Positions 1-9,338 of a stretch of 64,000 nt of DNA are shown one piece after another. The DNA comes from a virus: the IMG/VR virus record IMGVR_UViG_3300025314_000001, positions 1 to 64,000 of that record; one strand, written 5' to 3'. The notes beneath the pieces were generated by a model, which saw only the letters and a program-made list of their open reading frames with translations, made no database searches and had not been told where the DNA came from. Numbering within the stretch: position 1 is the stretch's first letter; each line of letters opens with the position of its first letter. The position numbers and the translations under genes are program-made.

Positions 1-1447
1 GGCAGTGGAGCCCACTCGTCGGGCGGCTCGTCGTGCAGGGGTGCTGCAGTCGGAACGGAGAACAGGATGCGGAGGCAGTGGAGCAACAGCTCGGCGTATT
101 CGCCGTCCGTGAGCTCGAAGTCGGAACGGAGAACAGGATGCGGAGGCAGTGGAGCGCGGAAGCGTGAGCCAAGGTCGAGCAGGCGAGACACGTCGGAACG
201 GAGAACAGGATGCGGAGGCAGTGGAGCACGGTCGCCCAGGGCCGCGTCCTGCACCTTGATTACGAGTCGGAACGGAGAACAGGATGCGGAGGCAGTGGAG
301 CGACCGCTCCGCCCGACGGGCCTCGAGCTCCCGGGCGTCGGAACGGAGAACAGGATGCGGAGGCAGTGGAGCACGCAGGTCCCGGCGGTCACCTGGTTCG
401 TCGGCAAGTCGGAACGGAGAACAGGATGCGGAGGCAGTGGAGCCAGGTCGAGCTCGTGGACAGACAGGCCGACGGAGGGGGGGTCGGAACGGAGAACAGG
501 ATGCGGAGGCAGTGGAGCTGTCCTACCATTACCGACAGCTAACGGATGAGCGCCGGTCGGAACGGAGAACAGGATGCGGAGGCAGTGGAGCTGGGTCGAT
601 GACCTCGGGCAGGAGGACCCGTCGGGTTGTCGGAACGGAGAACAGGATGCGGAGGCAGTGGAGCGACACCTACTTTGGACTTTGCCGCCAAGCCGCCGAG
701 GTCGGAACGGAGAACAGGATGCGGAGGCAGTGGAGCGCGTCCTCGCTCGCCGGATTCGAGTTGCCCCGGCGAGTCGGAACGGAGAACAGGATGCGGAGGC
801 AGTGGAGCTGTTCAAGCGGCACGCTCGTTGGCCAGTGTGTCCGCGCGTCGGAACGGAGAACAGGATGCGGAGGCAGTGGAGCAGCACGCTACGGACGATC
901 CATCGGTCATCCAGGATTGGTCGGAACGGAGAACAGGATGCGGAGGCAGTGGAGCCTGAGGGCGTAGCGGTGCCGATTGAGCGTGACCATGCTGGTCGGA
1001 ACGGAGAACAGGATGCGGAGGCAGTGGAGCTGGTCGAGGTCGGCCAACGCATCGGAGGTGCGTTGCAGTCGGAACGGAGAACAGGATGCGGAGGCAGTGG
1101 AGCGATCGACCCGACGTCTTCGACGGCGGGCCCGAAGCAGTCGGAACGGAGAACAGGATGCGGAGGCAGTGGAGCTGGGTCGATGACCTCGGGCAGGAGG
1201 ACCCGTCGGGTTGTCGGAACGGAGAACAGGATGCGGAGGCAGTGGAGCTTGGCGTGCGGTACCGGCAATCTGCCGAGGTCATGTCGGAACGGAGAACAGG
1301 ATGCGGAGGCAGTGGAGCGGTTGGCCGTGCTGATCTAGGATGAGCCCATCCACTGGTCGGAACGGAGAACAGGATGCGGAGGCAGTGGAGCTTGCCCGGG
1401 AGGAAGCGGCCCGTAGGATCGCGATCAGGTCGGAACGGAGAACAGGA
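1..1447 (+). CRISPR. CRISPR array, repeat GTCGGAACGGAGAACAGGATGCGGAGGCAGTGGAGC (36 bp); 19 full repeats, a partial repeat at the window edge and a truncated terminal repeat; 20 spacers of 34-39 bp
   Basis: Identical repeats start at 49,120,192,266,337,408,483,556,629,701,773,847,920,995,1068,1140,1213,1283,1356; truncated copy at 1429-1447. Strand inferred from the truncated (trailer) repeat at the right end. Confidence 0.97.
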
Positions 1448-1879
1448 ATGAAAGCACGCAAATACGAAGGTTCACGAAGCGATTTCATCCGCGAGCAGCC
1501 GGACAGTCTGTCGACGTCCGCAGTCATTGCGGCCGGCAAGCAAGTCGGCCTGAAGATCACGGAAAACCTAGTCCGAATCGTCCGCTACAAGATGAGAAAA
1601 GCGGCCGGTACGGTCACCAAGCGCGGGCGCCGCAAGGGGACCGACGCTATCCAGGTAGCGCCTGCGCAGGCCACCAAAACGCGGCGTGGCCGGCCGCCGA
1701 AGAACCCTCCAGTTGCCACCGACGCCGATCCAACGGGCATGCCATTCGACAAGGTCGGAAGCCGTTTACCTCTACCAGAACTCGCTTCCTCGGCGCGGGA
1801 CGCGGACAGCTTCTGCCGACTCATCACCCGCATCGGTACCACGAAGGCCCGGGCTCTCTTGGACGAGCTAGAGAAGTGA
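1448..1879 (+). CDS. Basic putative DNA-binding protein with AT-hook-like motif
   Basis: ATG at 1448 (MKARKYEGSRSDFIREQP...), RRGRPPK and KRGRRK motifs; the upstream extension of the ORF is only read-through from the array. Confidence 0.7.
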   Translation: MKARKYEGSRSDFIREQPDSLSTSAVIAAGKQVGLKITENLVRIVRYKMRKAAGTVTKRGRRKGTDAIQVAPAQATKTRRGRPPKNPPVATDADPTGMPFDKVGSRLPLPELASSARDADSFCRLITRIGTTKARALLDELEK

Positions 1880-1995
1880 CCCTCCCCCTCTTCCTTATCG
1901 CGACCGGAATCGCGATGTTCTTCTACCTGCTCGGCTTCAGCGCCGGGCAGAAGTCCAAAAACGACATCCAATGGAGAGACACGCATGCCACCTAG
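1876..1995 (+). CDS. Small membrane protein (39 aa; not in ORF track)
   Basis: GTGA overlap with the previous stop; MTLPLFLIATGIAMFFYLLGFSAGQK... has one hydrophobic helix. Confidence 0.55.
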   Translation: MTLPLFLIATGIAMFFYLLGFSAGQKSKNDIQWRDTHAT

Positions 1996-2326
1996 AAAAC
2001 TGACCGTTACCCAAGAGACTCCGGGTCCCGAGGTTCAGGAATCATTCCTGGCAGATCCCCAAGATCCACGCACCTACTCGGCCTCCGAAAAGGCTACACT
2101 CAAGGGCCGGGTGGATTCAATTACCGCCGAGGTCGAGGACCTGAAGCGCCAGATCGACCTCAAGAAAGAACTCCTGAGCGACGCCGTGTTCGAGCTCAAG
2201 CAGGCGTTGGGTGGGAAGCCCTTCAAGGACGTCCACGGTAACGTCTGGATGTTCTCGAGTCGCGGCAAGGAGAACCCCACCCACTTCCTGCGGCGTCAAG
2301 GCGCGCAGGACATCGAGGAGCTGTGA
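1985..2326 (+). CDS. Hypothetical protein (coiled coil)
   Basis: GGAGA RBS, GC3-biased codons, operon packing. Confidence 0.75.
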   Translation: MPPRKLTVTQETPGPEVQESFLADPQDPRTYSASEKATLKGRVDSITAEVEDLKRQIDLKKELLSDAVFELKQALGGKPFKDVHGNVWMFSSRGKENPTHFLRRQGAQDIEEL

Positions 2327-3105
2327 ACCACCAACCCCGTTCCTTAGCCCAGCAGAACGGATGCCAGCAAGCCGAGGCATTCTGCCTGATGCTCTACCGA
2401 GACACCGCCGGCAACGAGGAGTGGATCTGGAACTCCCGGGACGGGGTTACCCATTTCATTGTGCAGTCCCGTCAAGGCCTGGAGTCAAAGCACGTCGAAT
2501 GGACCCGCGATCGATTCCTTCCGTACCACTTTCCGAAAGTCGGAGAACGGATCTTCGTGGACACAACACCAGCGCGGGCCAGGGAGCGCGCTGAAACCTG
2601 GTACGACAGATTTGCGGCGCACCTCGTATGGTCCTCGGACTTCGTAATCCGCCATCCAGACCGCGAAAAGGCCATCACCAACAAGGCCCAGGAAATCCTC
2701 GCCTACATGGCGCCGAACTCCCCCGACCTCATCGAAGTCACCGAAGAGGTGCAGCAACAGATCATGGACCGCCCAGCACTGGTGCTCTCGAGAGAGAAGT
2801 GGGCTCAATTACAGCGTGAACTGCTCGCCGAGAACGCCAATCTGGCGCAGCTTGCCGAAGCTAAGGCAGTACAGGTCAACCAACTGACTCCAGCAAGAAA
2901 GCCTATGCGTGTCACCATTACCCCCACGGCCTCGATCGTTCAGCTGAACGATTCTCCCTGCCGGGTCTGGACCGGGACGACCGAGCGAGGGATTCCAGTC
3001 ACGCTTTACGTTACTCGTGTCCAGGTCGACCTGGACCGAGACCAGTCGGAGTTTCTGGCCGAGCTCACAGAAACGGAACCACCCAAGATCCAGCTGCCTC
3101 TGTGA
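2323..3105 (+). CDS. Hypothetical phage protein
   Basis: GTGA overlap with the upstream gene; 260-aa ORF with natural composition. Confidence 0.75.
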   Translation: MNHQPRSLAQQNGCQQAEAFCLMLYRDTAGNEEWIWNSRDGVTHFIVQSRQGLESKHVEWTRDRFLPYHFPKVGERIFVDTTPARARERAETWYDRFAAHLVWSSDFVIRHPDREKAITNKAQEILAYMAPNSPDLIEVTEEVQQQIMDRPALVLSREKWAQLQRELLAENANLAQLAEAKAVQVNQLTPARKPMRVTITPTASIVQLNDSPCRVWTGTTERGIPVTLYVTRVQVDLDRDQSEFLAELTETEPPKIQLPL

Positions 3106-3254
3106 CTGGTTTGCTAGGGGGTCCCTGGGGTGCTACAGAAAGTGAGCCCGCGGCGCTATCAACGCCCGGGCTCGGCCCCAGCGACTCCGCAAGAGTCCAA
3201 TGGGGCAAGAAGACGCTTAGCAGCCGGCCGGACTGCTAGCAAGCGAGGGAAACC

Positions 3255-6200
3255 ATGAAACTCATATCCACCGGTGACCATCACTGGAACGAGCGCCGTC
3301 GATTCGCCGAATCCGTGCGGATTCACCGCGAGATAGCGGAGCTTGTCGCCGCCGAGAAGCCCGACGTATTCCTATCCGGCGGAGACCTCTACGAAGGGGC
3401 GTCCACTCCGGTGGAGCGGGAGGCGGTAGCCGATTGGGTGACGTCGGTGGCGGAGCATTGCCCGGTCCTGGTGACCAAGGGCAACCACGATCGCCCGGTG
3501 GACTGTCTCCTGCTACGACGTCTTCGGACCCGTTACCCGGTCATCGTCGAAGAAGGCGCGGGGCTACACCGGATCGGTGGAGCTCAGATCGCCGCCATGG
3601 CGTGGCCGACGCGAGAAGGTCTCTTGAAGATGTCGGTCGACACTGAGGTCGACCGGGATGCCCTTACTTCCGAGGCTCTACGTGCTGTTCTGCGCTGGCT
3701 CGGTTCACAGTTCGAAGACCTGCATGGACCGCGCATTCTTCTCGGCCACTTCATGGTCGACGGGTCCGTAACGAGCACCGGTCAAGAGCTCGTCGGCGCC
3801 CCGTGTAGCGTGGCGCTTTCCGACCTGGACCTCGTGGGTGCTCAGGTCGGCCTAATGTCGCACGTCCACAAGTTCCAGCAGTGGGATTCTACCGGGACTC
3901 CCTACCTGTACACTGGGAGCCCCCTGCGGCAGAACTTCGGTGAGCTAGAGGACAAGTCGGTCACCCTCGTCGAATTCGACGGGCCGAAGCTGGTGTCGAT
4001 TCGGCAGGTGCAGACCTCGGCGACCCGGATGCTTCTACTCGACGGGGAATGGTCCGTCGACCATTGGAAGCCAGGACCCGTAGGACCTGGGTGCACTCCG
4101 CTGATGGAGCCTTCCGGAGCCGAGATCCGGTTTCGATACCGGTGCTCATCCGAGCACCGAACCCAGGCAGCGGCGGCCGCGTCCAAGATTCGAGACGACC
4201 TTCTCGCCAATGGCGCCGTCTCGGTGCAGGTCGAGCCGGTGATCGAGGTCAAGAACTCCGCCCGCGCCCCAGAGATTGCGCTGGCGCGCGGAATGGCCGA
4301 GAAGCTCCCGGCCTTTTGGGCCGCCCGGGCTACCACTCCCGAGGAGCCCCGACGGTCCCGCCTGCTCGACCTGGCATGCCAGGTCGAGGCCAATACCCCC
4401 CGCCCGGTTGGGATTTCGACCGGTGCCGCCCTCTTGGACTGGATTAAGCTCCGGGGGATCGGTCCCTTCAAGGGCACGGTGGAAGTCGACTTCCGGAACC
4501 TGCCGCCCGGGATCGTGGCCCTAACGGGTAGGATCGGGGCTGGCAAGACCACCCTGCTGGACTCCTACGCCGCGGCGCTCTACCGGAAGCTCCCGACGTC
4601 CGAGCGGGGGCTCCTGTCCAAAATGGCGGTTTCACGCGACGCGTTCGTGGACGTCGGCATCCAGAACGGGAAGTCTCTGCGTATCGTTCACGCCATCGAC
4701 GCCGGCAAGCAGACCGCCGGCTGGGAGGTGTCGGTATACGACCGCGCGGCGGATGGTTCCGAGTCGCTCACCGGGTCGAGCAAGGTTTCTTCCTTCGACG
4801 ACTGGCGGGATCGGAACATGCTCCCGATGGAGATCTTCCTTGCAGGGCCCTACCAGGCCCAGGGGGCGAACGCGCTGGTCAATGCCCTCGATTCCGAGCG
4901 GGCTTCGATCATCCTGCGGGCTCTCGGGCTCGAGTACTACGAGACCATGGCCGAGACGTTCCGGAAGCGCGCCAGCGCGGCCAAGGAAGAACTCGAGAAG
5001 GCCACGGCCCGCGTGGACGACGAGCGGGCCCGCGGGGGCTACGTCGCTCAGTGCGAGCAAGCTGTGATCGACGAACGCATGGGGCTCGGCCCGTCCCAGT
5101 GGGCACTCCAGGTAGCCCGCGACGCTCTCACGGCTGCCGAGCAGGCGCTCCGGGAGCACTCCAGGGCCCAGGAGGCCTACCTGGAGGCCGTGGCGGCTCG
5201 CGGGGAGCTCGAGTCCAAGATCCGGGACAACCGCGCCCAGCATGCCGACCTGACCGAGCGGCTGACGAACAACCGGAAGCGGCTAGACCAGAAGCCGAAG
5301 ATCTTGGCCGCGGTGAAGCGCTCGGACGAGCTTCGGGCCAGCGTATCCGCTGCCGAGGCGGAGCTGGCCCGGCTCACGGCCGAGCACCAGGGGCTCCAGC
5401 GGGAAGAGTTAGCGCTGCGCCAGGAAGCCGCCGGCAACAAACAATCGTCCGTATCGGCTCAGGCTCGGGCGGACGCCGCCAATCGGCGCCTCGGACGAAA
5501 GCCTGATATTGACGCCGCCGCGGCCAGCATCCCCGGGCTTCGAGCGGCCTGGGAGGAAACATCGAAAGCAGCTGAAGAAGCCGTCCAGATGGTCCGCGGC
5601 GACGTGGCGGCTGCCGAAGCGGAGCTCGATCGGCTCCGTGGGCTGCGTGTAGCTGGGGCGGACGAGCGGATCTTTGGGCTCCGTAGTGGACTCGCTTCCG
5701 TCGTGGAGTGCGAGGGCGAGGCTGAGGACATGGCCGAGCTAGCGGCCTCCGCCCTTGACCGCGATACCATCGCCCTGGACACAGCCGCCGAGCTCCCGTC
5801 CCAAATCACCCGCCAGGCTGCCGAGGTCACCCGTCTGCGCCGGCTCCTGGATACCGTCACCCTGCAGACTGGACAAAAGCGCGACGAAGCCGCTCGGGCG
5901 CTGTCCAAAGCCGAACAGGTTGCGGTCGAGGCAACGCACTTGGAGGCAGCCCAAGCGGAACTCGAAGCCGCGCTCGGTGACCTACAGCGCTACCAGCAGG
6001 CCGAGCGGGCTTGCGTCGCGAAGTCCACTGAGGTCGTACAGCGCCGGACTGCCGCCGGCAGTGAACGCGACACCAATGAGCGAAGGCTCGCTTCGCTCAA
6101 GGAAGAGCTCCAAAAGCTCGCCGCAATCGTCGCCTACAAGGAGCAGGCGGACAAGGCGGAGGCTCGAATCGAACAGCTCGAGAAGGAGCTCAGGCGTGTC

Positions 6201-6962
6201 GACGCCGAGCACACCGAGCTTACCCAAAAACTTGCCCGAGGTCCGGCGGTGGTCCTTCCCCCTCCACCACCGCCGGACGTCTCGGGCCTACGGATTGCCG
6301 TCGGCAACGCCGAAAGCCAAGTCCAGGCCGTGACTACCGCAATCGCCCGGGCCGAGCAACGTCTAGAGCTGGCCCGGCAGAGCGCCCTACGGGTCCTGGA
6401 GCTCGAGTCCGCCCGGGCAGAGCGCTCCGAAGCGCTCTCCGACTGCCAGCGGCTCGCCGAAGACCTCGGCAAAAAAGGCCTCCAGAGCGCCGAGATTGAT
6501 GCCGTTGGCCCCGAGCTCACGGCAGACACGAACGATCTGCTCCACTCCTGCCTCGGGAGCACGTTTACGGTCTCGGTAGAGACGACCAAGAAAGTCGAAC
6601 AGGGAAAGCGGGAGGTCGACGCCCTACCGATCGTCGTCTTCAACTCCGAAGACGGCTACGAAGGGGAGGTCCGGACCTACTCCGGAGGGCAAAAGGCGCT
6701 GATCGGCGAAGCGCTCTCTCTGGCGCTGACTATTCTGTCGTGCCGTCGCGCTGGAATCGATCATGGGTTGACACTCATACGTGATGAACCAACGGCATCG
6801 TTGTCCCCTGAAGATGCGCGAGCATACGTTTCTATGATGCGCGCCGCTTCCGCGATCGTTCATGCACGACATGTTCTCTGCATTACTCACAATCCAGACG
6901 TTGTCGCCTCTTCTGATTGTCGGATACACGTGCACGATGGCACTGCAGAGGTTGTTTTATGA
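3255..6962 (+). CDS. Fused SbcD (Mre11-like metallophosphoesterase) - SbcC (Rad50/SMC-like ABC ATPase) nuclease
   Basis: N-terminal GDHH, GGDLY, GNHD, GHF, SHVH phosphoesterase motifs; Walker A GRIGAGKT; long coiled coil; signature YSGGQ; Walker B IRDEP; H-loop ITH. Confidence 0.92.
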   Translation: MKLISTGDHHWNERRRFAESVRIHREIAELVAAEKPDVFLSGGDLYEGASTPVEREAVADWVTSVAEHCPVLVTKGNHDRPVDCLLLRRLRTRYPVIVEEGAGLHRIGGAQIAAMAWPTREGLLKMSVDTEVDRDALTSEALRAVLRWLGSQFEDLHGPRILLGHFMVDGSVTSTGQELVGAPCSVALSDLDLVGAQVGLMSHVHKFQQWDSTGTPYLYTGSPLRQNFGELEDKSVTLVEFDGPKLVSIRQVQTSATRMLLLDGEWSVDHWKPGPVGPGCTPLMEPSGAEIRFRYRCSSEHRTQAAAAASKIRDDLLANGAVSVQVEPVIEVKNSARAPEIALARGMAEKLPAFWAARATTPEEPRRSRLLDLACQVEANTPRPVGISTGAALLDWIKLRGIGPFKGTVEVDFRNLPPGIVALTGRIGAGKTTLLDSYAAALYRKLPTSERGLLSKMAVSRDAFVDVGIQNGKSLRIVHAIDAGKQTAGWEVSVYDRAADGSESLTGSSKVSSFDDWRDRNMLPMEIFLAGPYQAQGANALVNALDSERASIILRALGLEYYETMAETFRKRASAAKEELEKATARVDDERARGGYVAQCEQAVIDERMGLGPSQWALQVARDALTAAEQALREHSRAQEAYLEAVAARGELESKIRDNRAQHADLTERLTNNRKRLDQKPKILAAVKRSDELRASVSAAEAELARLTAEHQGLQREELALRQEAAGNKQSSVSAQARADAANRRLGRKPDIDAAAASIPGLRAAWEETSKAAEEAVQMVRGDVAAAEAELDRLRGLRVAGADERIFGLRSGLASVVECEGEAEDMAELAASALDRDTIALDTAAELPSQITRQAAEVTRLRRLLDTVTLQTGQKRDEAARALSKAEQVAVEATHLEAAQAELEAALGDLQRYQQAERACVAKSTEVVQRRTAAGSERDTNERRLASLKEELQKLAAIVAYKEQADKAEARIEQLEKELRRVDAEHTELTQKLARGPAVVLPPPPPPDVSGLRIAVGNAESQVQAVTTAIARAEQRLELARQSALRVLELESARAERSEALSDCQRLAEDLGKKGLQSAEIDAVGPELTADTNDLLHSCLGSTFTVSVETTKKVEQGKREVDALPIVVFNSEDGYEGEVRTYSGGQKALIGEALSLALTILSCRRAGIDHGLTLIRDEPTASLSPEDARAYVSMMRAASAIVHARHVLCITHNPDVVASSDCRIHVHDGTAEVVL

Positions 6963-7606
6963 ACTTTTGGATACGACTTGCCTCGTTCTGTGGTGGGACA
7001 TTATCCTCTAACATCCGGTCCCATATTGATGTTTCTGGAACATCCCCCGAAGCCCGTTGTTACAACGGGACACCGTGCTGGATTTGGAATGGCTCCCGAC
7101 ACCAAGAAGGCTACGGTCGGCTCCAGTTTCACAATCGAACGTACCGCATAACGCGCATTGTTCTTGGTACCAGTGCCGGTCGCACATTATTACGCTCGGA
7201 ACTTGCATGTCATCATTGCGACAACCCACCGTGCTGCAATCCTGACCATTTGTTCGTTGGTGATCACCAAGCCAACGAAGATGATAAGTGCCGTAAGAAT
7301 CGGCAAGCTGTAGGAAGGAGCCATGGAAGTCACACTCATCCAGAGCGACGCGCAACCAGTGACCGCCATGGTAGCCATACTCACCCGGAACGATGGCGCC
7401 GCGGCGAAGCCAATGGTGCTAGTCGATTTCACGAATCCGAAATTCGTAAGATGTTTCAGCTGTATGCCAGCGGTTACAGCCAAAGTGCGATTGCCCGCAT
7501 CTTCCATACTACACAGGGTACCGTATGGACCATACTGCGCGGTCGCTGCTGGAGACATCTTGGGCTCTACCTAATCGCCAACGGCACCGTCGAGGTCGTG
7601 CAGTGA
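6959..7606 (+). CDS. HNH homing endonuclease with C-terminal HTH
   Basis: CWIWNG...GYG, ACHHCDNPPCCNPDHLFVG..N..D motif; SQSAIARIFHTTQGTVWTIL HTH; ATGA overlap; lower GC than its flanks. Confidence 0.9.
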   Translation: MNFWIRLASFCGGTLSSNIRSHIDVSGTSPEARCYNGTPCWIWNGSRHQEGYGRLQFHNRTYRITRIVLGTSAGRTLLRSELACHHCDNPPCCNPDHLFVGDHQANEDDKCRKNRQAVGRSHGSHTHPERRATSDRHGSHTHPERWRRGEANGASRFHESEIRKMFQLYASGYSQSAIARIFHTTQGTVWTILRGRCWRHLGLYLIANGTVEVVQ

Positions 7607-8025
7607 CCCAATCGCACATCATCAACTCGGAACTTACGGTCACCGTGCATTCAGACGGCACGGTCACTTGGTCGAGCGCTTCTTGCGCTGGCCTCTCCGA
7701 GGTAGAGCGCCAAATCGTTCGGGAACGCGGTCTAGCAGCCGAGCGTATCGACGAGATGGATCGCATCCTTACGGCGATGCGGAGTTGCTTTCCTAGCGTC
7801 GCAATCTCGGTCCTGAGAAGCATTCTCGATCACGGTTATCCGGGCCATCCCGAACTCAAGTTTATGCACTTCGTTGGGGTAATACGTATCGAACTTGCCC
7901 ACGAGCTGCCGCCTAAAGAATCGGCGCCATACATCGCCACCATCGCCTCAACTCTCGAGGCCGCCGGCTACTCCTGCACCCGTAGCCGGACTCGGGTCAC
8001 GGTGCAGATGAAGTGTGTTCCATGA
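7603..8025 (+). CDS. Hypothetical protein
   Basis: GTGA overlap with the HNH stop; in frame with ORF 7525..8025. Confidence 0.6.
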   Translation: MTQSHIINSELTVTVHSDGTVTWSSASCAGLSEVERQIVRERGLAAERIDEMDRILTAMRSCFPSVAISVLRSILDHGYPGHPELKFMHFVGVIRIELAHELPPKESAPYIATIASTLEAAGYSCTRSRTRVTVQMKCVP

Positions 8026-8267
8026 CGTGCACACCACTTCGCGACAACGAAGGTCGCATCGCCGGATTTGTATGCGGCCGGGGGCGTTTCGGGAACAACT
8101 GCCACCTGTGTAGAAAGACCGCCAAGCTCCAATGCGACTTTTTCCTCCATGCCGAGCGCCGAACCTGCGACAAGTGGCTCTGCAAGAGCTGCGCTGTCCG
8201 AGTCGCACCTAACACCGACTACTGTCCGGGGCATCGCCGGGAGGAGTCGATCGAGAAGTCGAAGTAA
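8022..8267 (+). CDS. Small Cys-rich zinc-finger-like protein
   Basis: CHLC, CDF, CDKWLCKSC, YCPGH; ATGA overlap. Confidence 0.7.
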   Translation: MTCTPLRDNEGRIAGFVCGRGRFGNNCHLCRKTAKLQCDFFLHAERRTCDKWLCKSCAVRVAPNTDYCPGHRREESIEKSK

Positions 8268-8285
8268 CCACAGAAAAGTACAACA

Positions 8286-8582
8286 ATGCGCCCATATACC
8301 ACGCTGATTGTCCTATCACTCATGGCCCTAGCCGGTTGCAACAACTCCCTCGAATGCGAGGATGGTCGTCTAACCAAAGGCGGCGACCCCTTTACATCGT
8401 GCGAACAGTGCGAAGAACCGTCGACTTGTCGGTTTACCAAAAATCAAACCGTATCCTACGACATCACGGGGCACATAGCTTTCGGCTCGGGTACCGTGAC
8501 GGCTTCATGCGACGAGGAGACGGCTAGCTACAGCTACCAGCTCGATTCGACTGGTTCTGTCATCAACCGAAAGTGCCAGTAG
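8286..8582 (+). CDS. Cys-rich lipoprotein
   Basis: Signal peptide with lipobox LAGC. Confidence 0.75.
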   Translation: MRPYTTLIVLSLMALAGCNNSLECEDGRLTKGGDPFTSCEQCEEPSTCRFTKNQTVSYDITGHIAFGSGTVTASCDEETASYSYQLDSTGSVINRKCQ

Positions 8583-8640
8583 TCGCGTCGCAAATAGGCA
8601 AAGGCGTGCGACTTGTCACGCCGGACTCGTCATAGAGAAA

Positions 8641-8889
8641 ATGAAGCCCTACTCGGCCCCGCGCCTCACGACCTTCGGGAAGGTTCAGTCCGAACCCACG
8701 ACACCGATCCTCACCCTCCTCGCATTGGCTGACTTCCATCTGTCCGCCACAGAAAAAATCCCACAGAATCTTCCCGAAGAACGATTGGCCGTCGAAGAAC
8801 GGCGGCGCCGGCTCCGGGAGGCAAAGGCCTGGCTCAACCGACAACTTCCTTACGCTGCCCTGCCTTATGCTCCCGTCAAACCCAGATGA
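8641..8889 (+). CDS. Hypothetical protein with lasso-leader-like N-terminus
   Basis: MKPYSAPRLTTFGKV; purine-rich RBS region. Confidence 0.5.
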   Translation: MKPYSAPRLTTFGKVQSEPTTPILTLLALADFHLSATEKIPQNLPEERLAVEERRRRLREAKAWLNRQLPYAALPYAPVKPR

Positions 8890-9026
8890 AATGCAAGACC
8901 AGTTCCCTGCTACCGGGTGCTCATTGGTGCCCTTTTTCGGGATACCAAACAGCCTTCAGACCCAGCGTAGGGGGTTCGTTCCTGCGACAGTCTCTTAGTA
9001 GTCAAGCCAAAATCACCACAACCATC

Positions 9027-9055
9027 TTGACACGGCCGGCCGAACGCATTATCGT
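9027..9055 (+). promoter_or_regulatory. Sigma70-like promoter
   Basis: TTGACA-N17-TATCGT in an intergenic region upstream of 9111. Confidence 0.6.
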
Positions 9056-9110
9056 CCTCCTATGACGAGCTGACCGGCGGCCATAAGGCCGCGGAAAGAC
9101 CGGGCCTCCA

Positions 9111-9338
9111 ATGGAAAACATCCCTCGAATTGCAACCGCTACGCCGCTGAAACTGATCGGCCGCGTCGCCCTGCCGGACTCCCGGGACGCCCTACTCACA
9201 GGGGATGAGCTTTGGGGTCTCTGGACGGCCTCCCTGGAGCTCGTCGACGCAGGGCAGACCCCGGTGATCGGTGCCTTCGCCGTCACGAACGACGGGGCTC
9301 AGCGCTTCCTGCCTGAGACCGGAACCGGGGCGGCTTAA
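9111..9338 (+). CDS. Hypothetical protein
   Basis: 75-aa ORF downstream of the promoter, convergent with the next gene. Confidence 0.55.
   Translation: MENIPRIATATPLKLIGRVALPDSRDALLTGDELWGLWTASLELVDAGQTPVIGAFAVTNDGAQRFLPETGTGAA

Noticed and set aside
67-1343. Many overlapping ORFs (MRRQWS..., SERRTGCGGSG...)
   Set aside because: These are translations of a stop-free CRISPR repeat, not genes.
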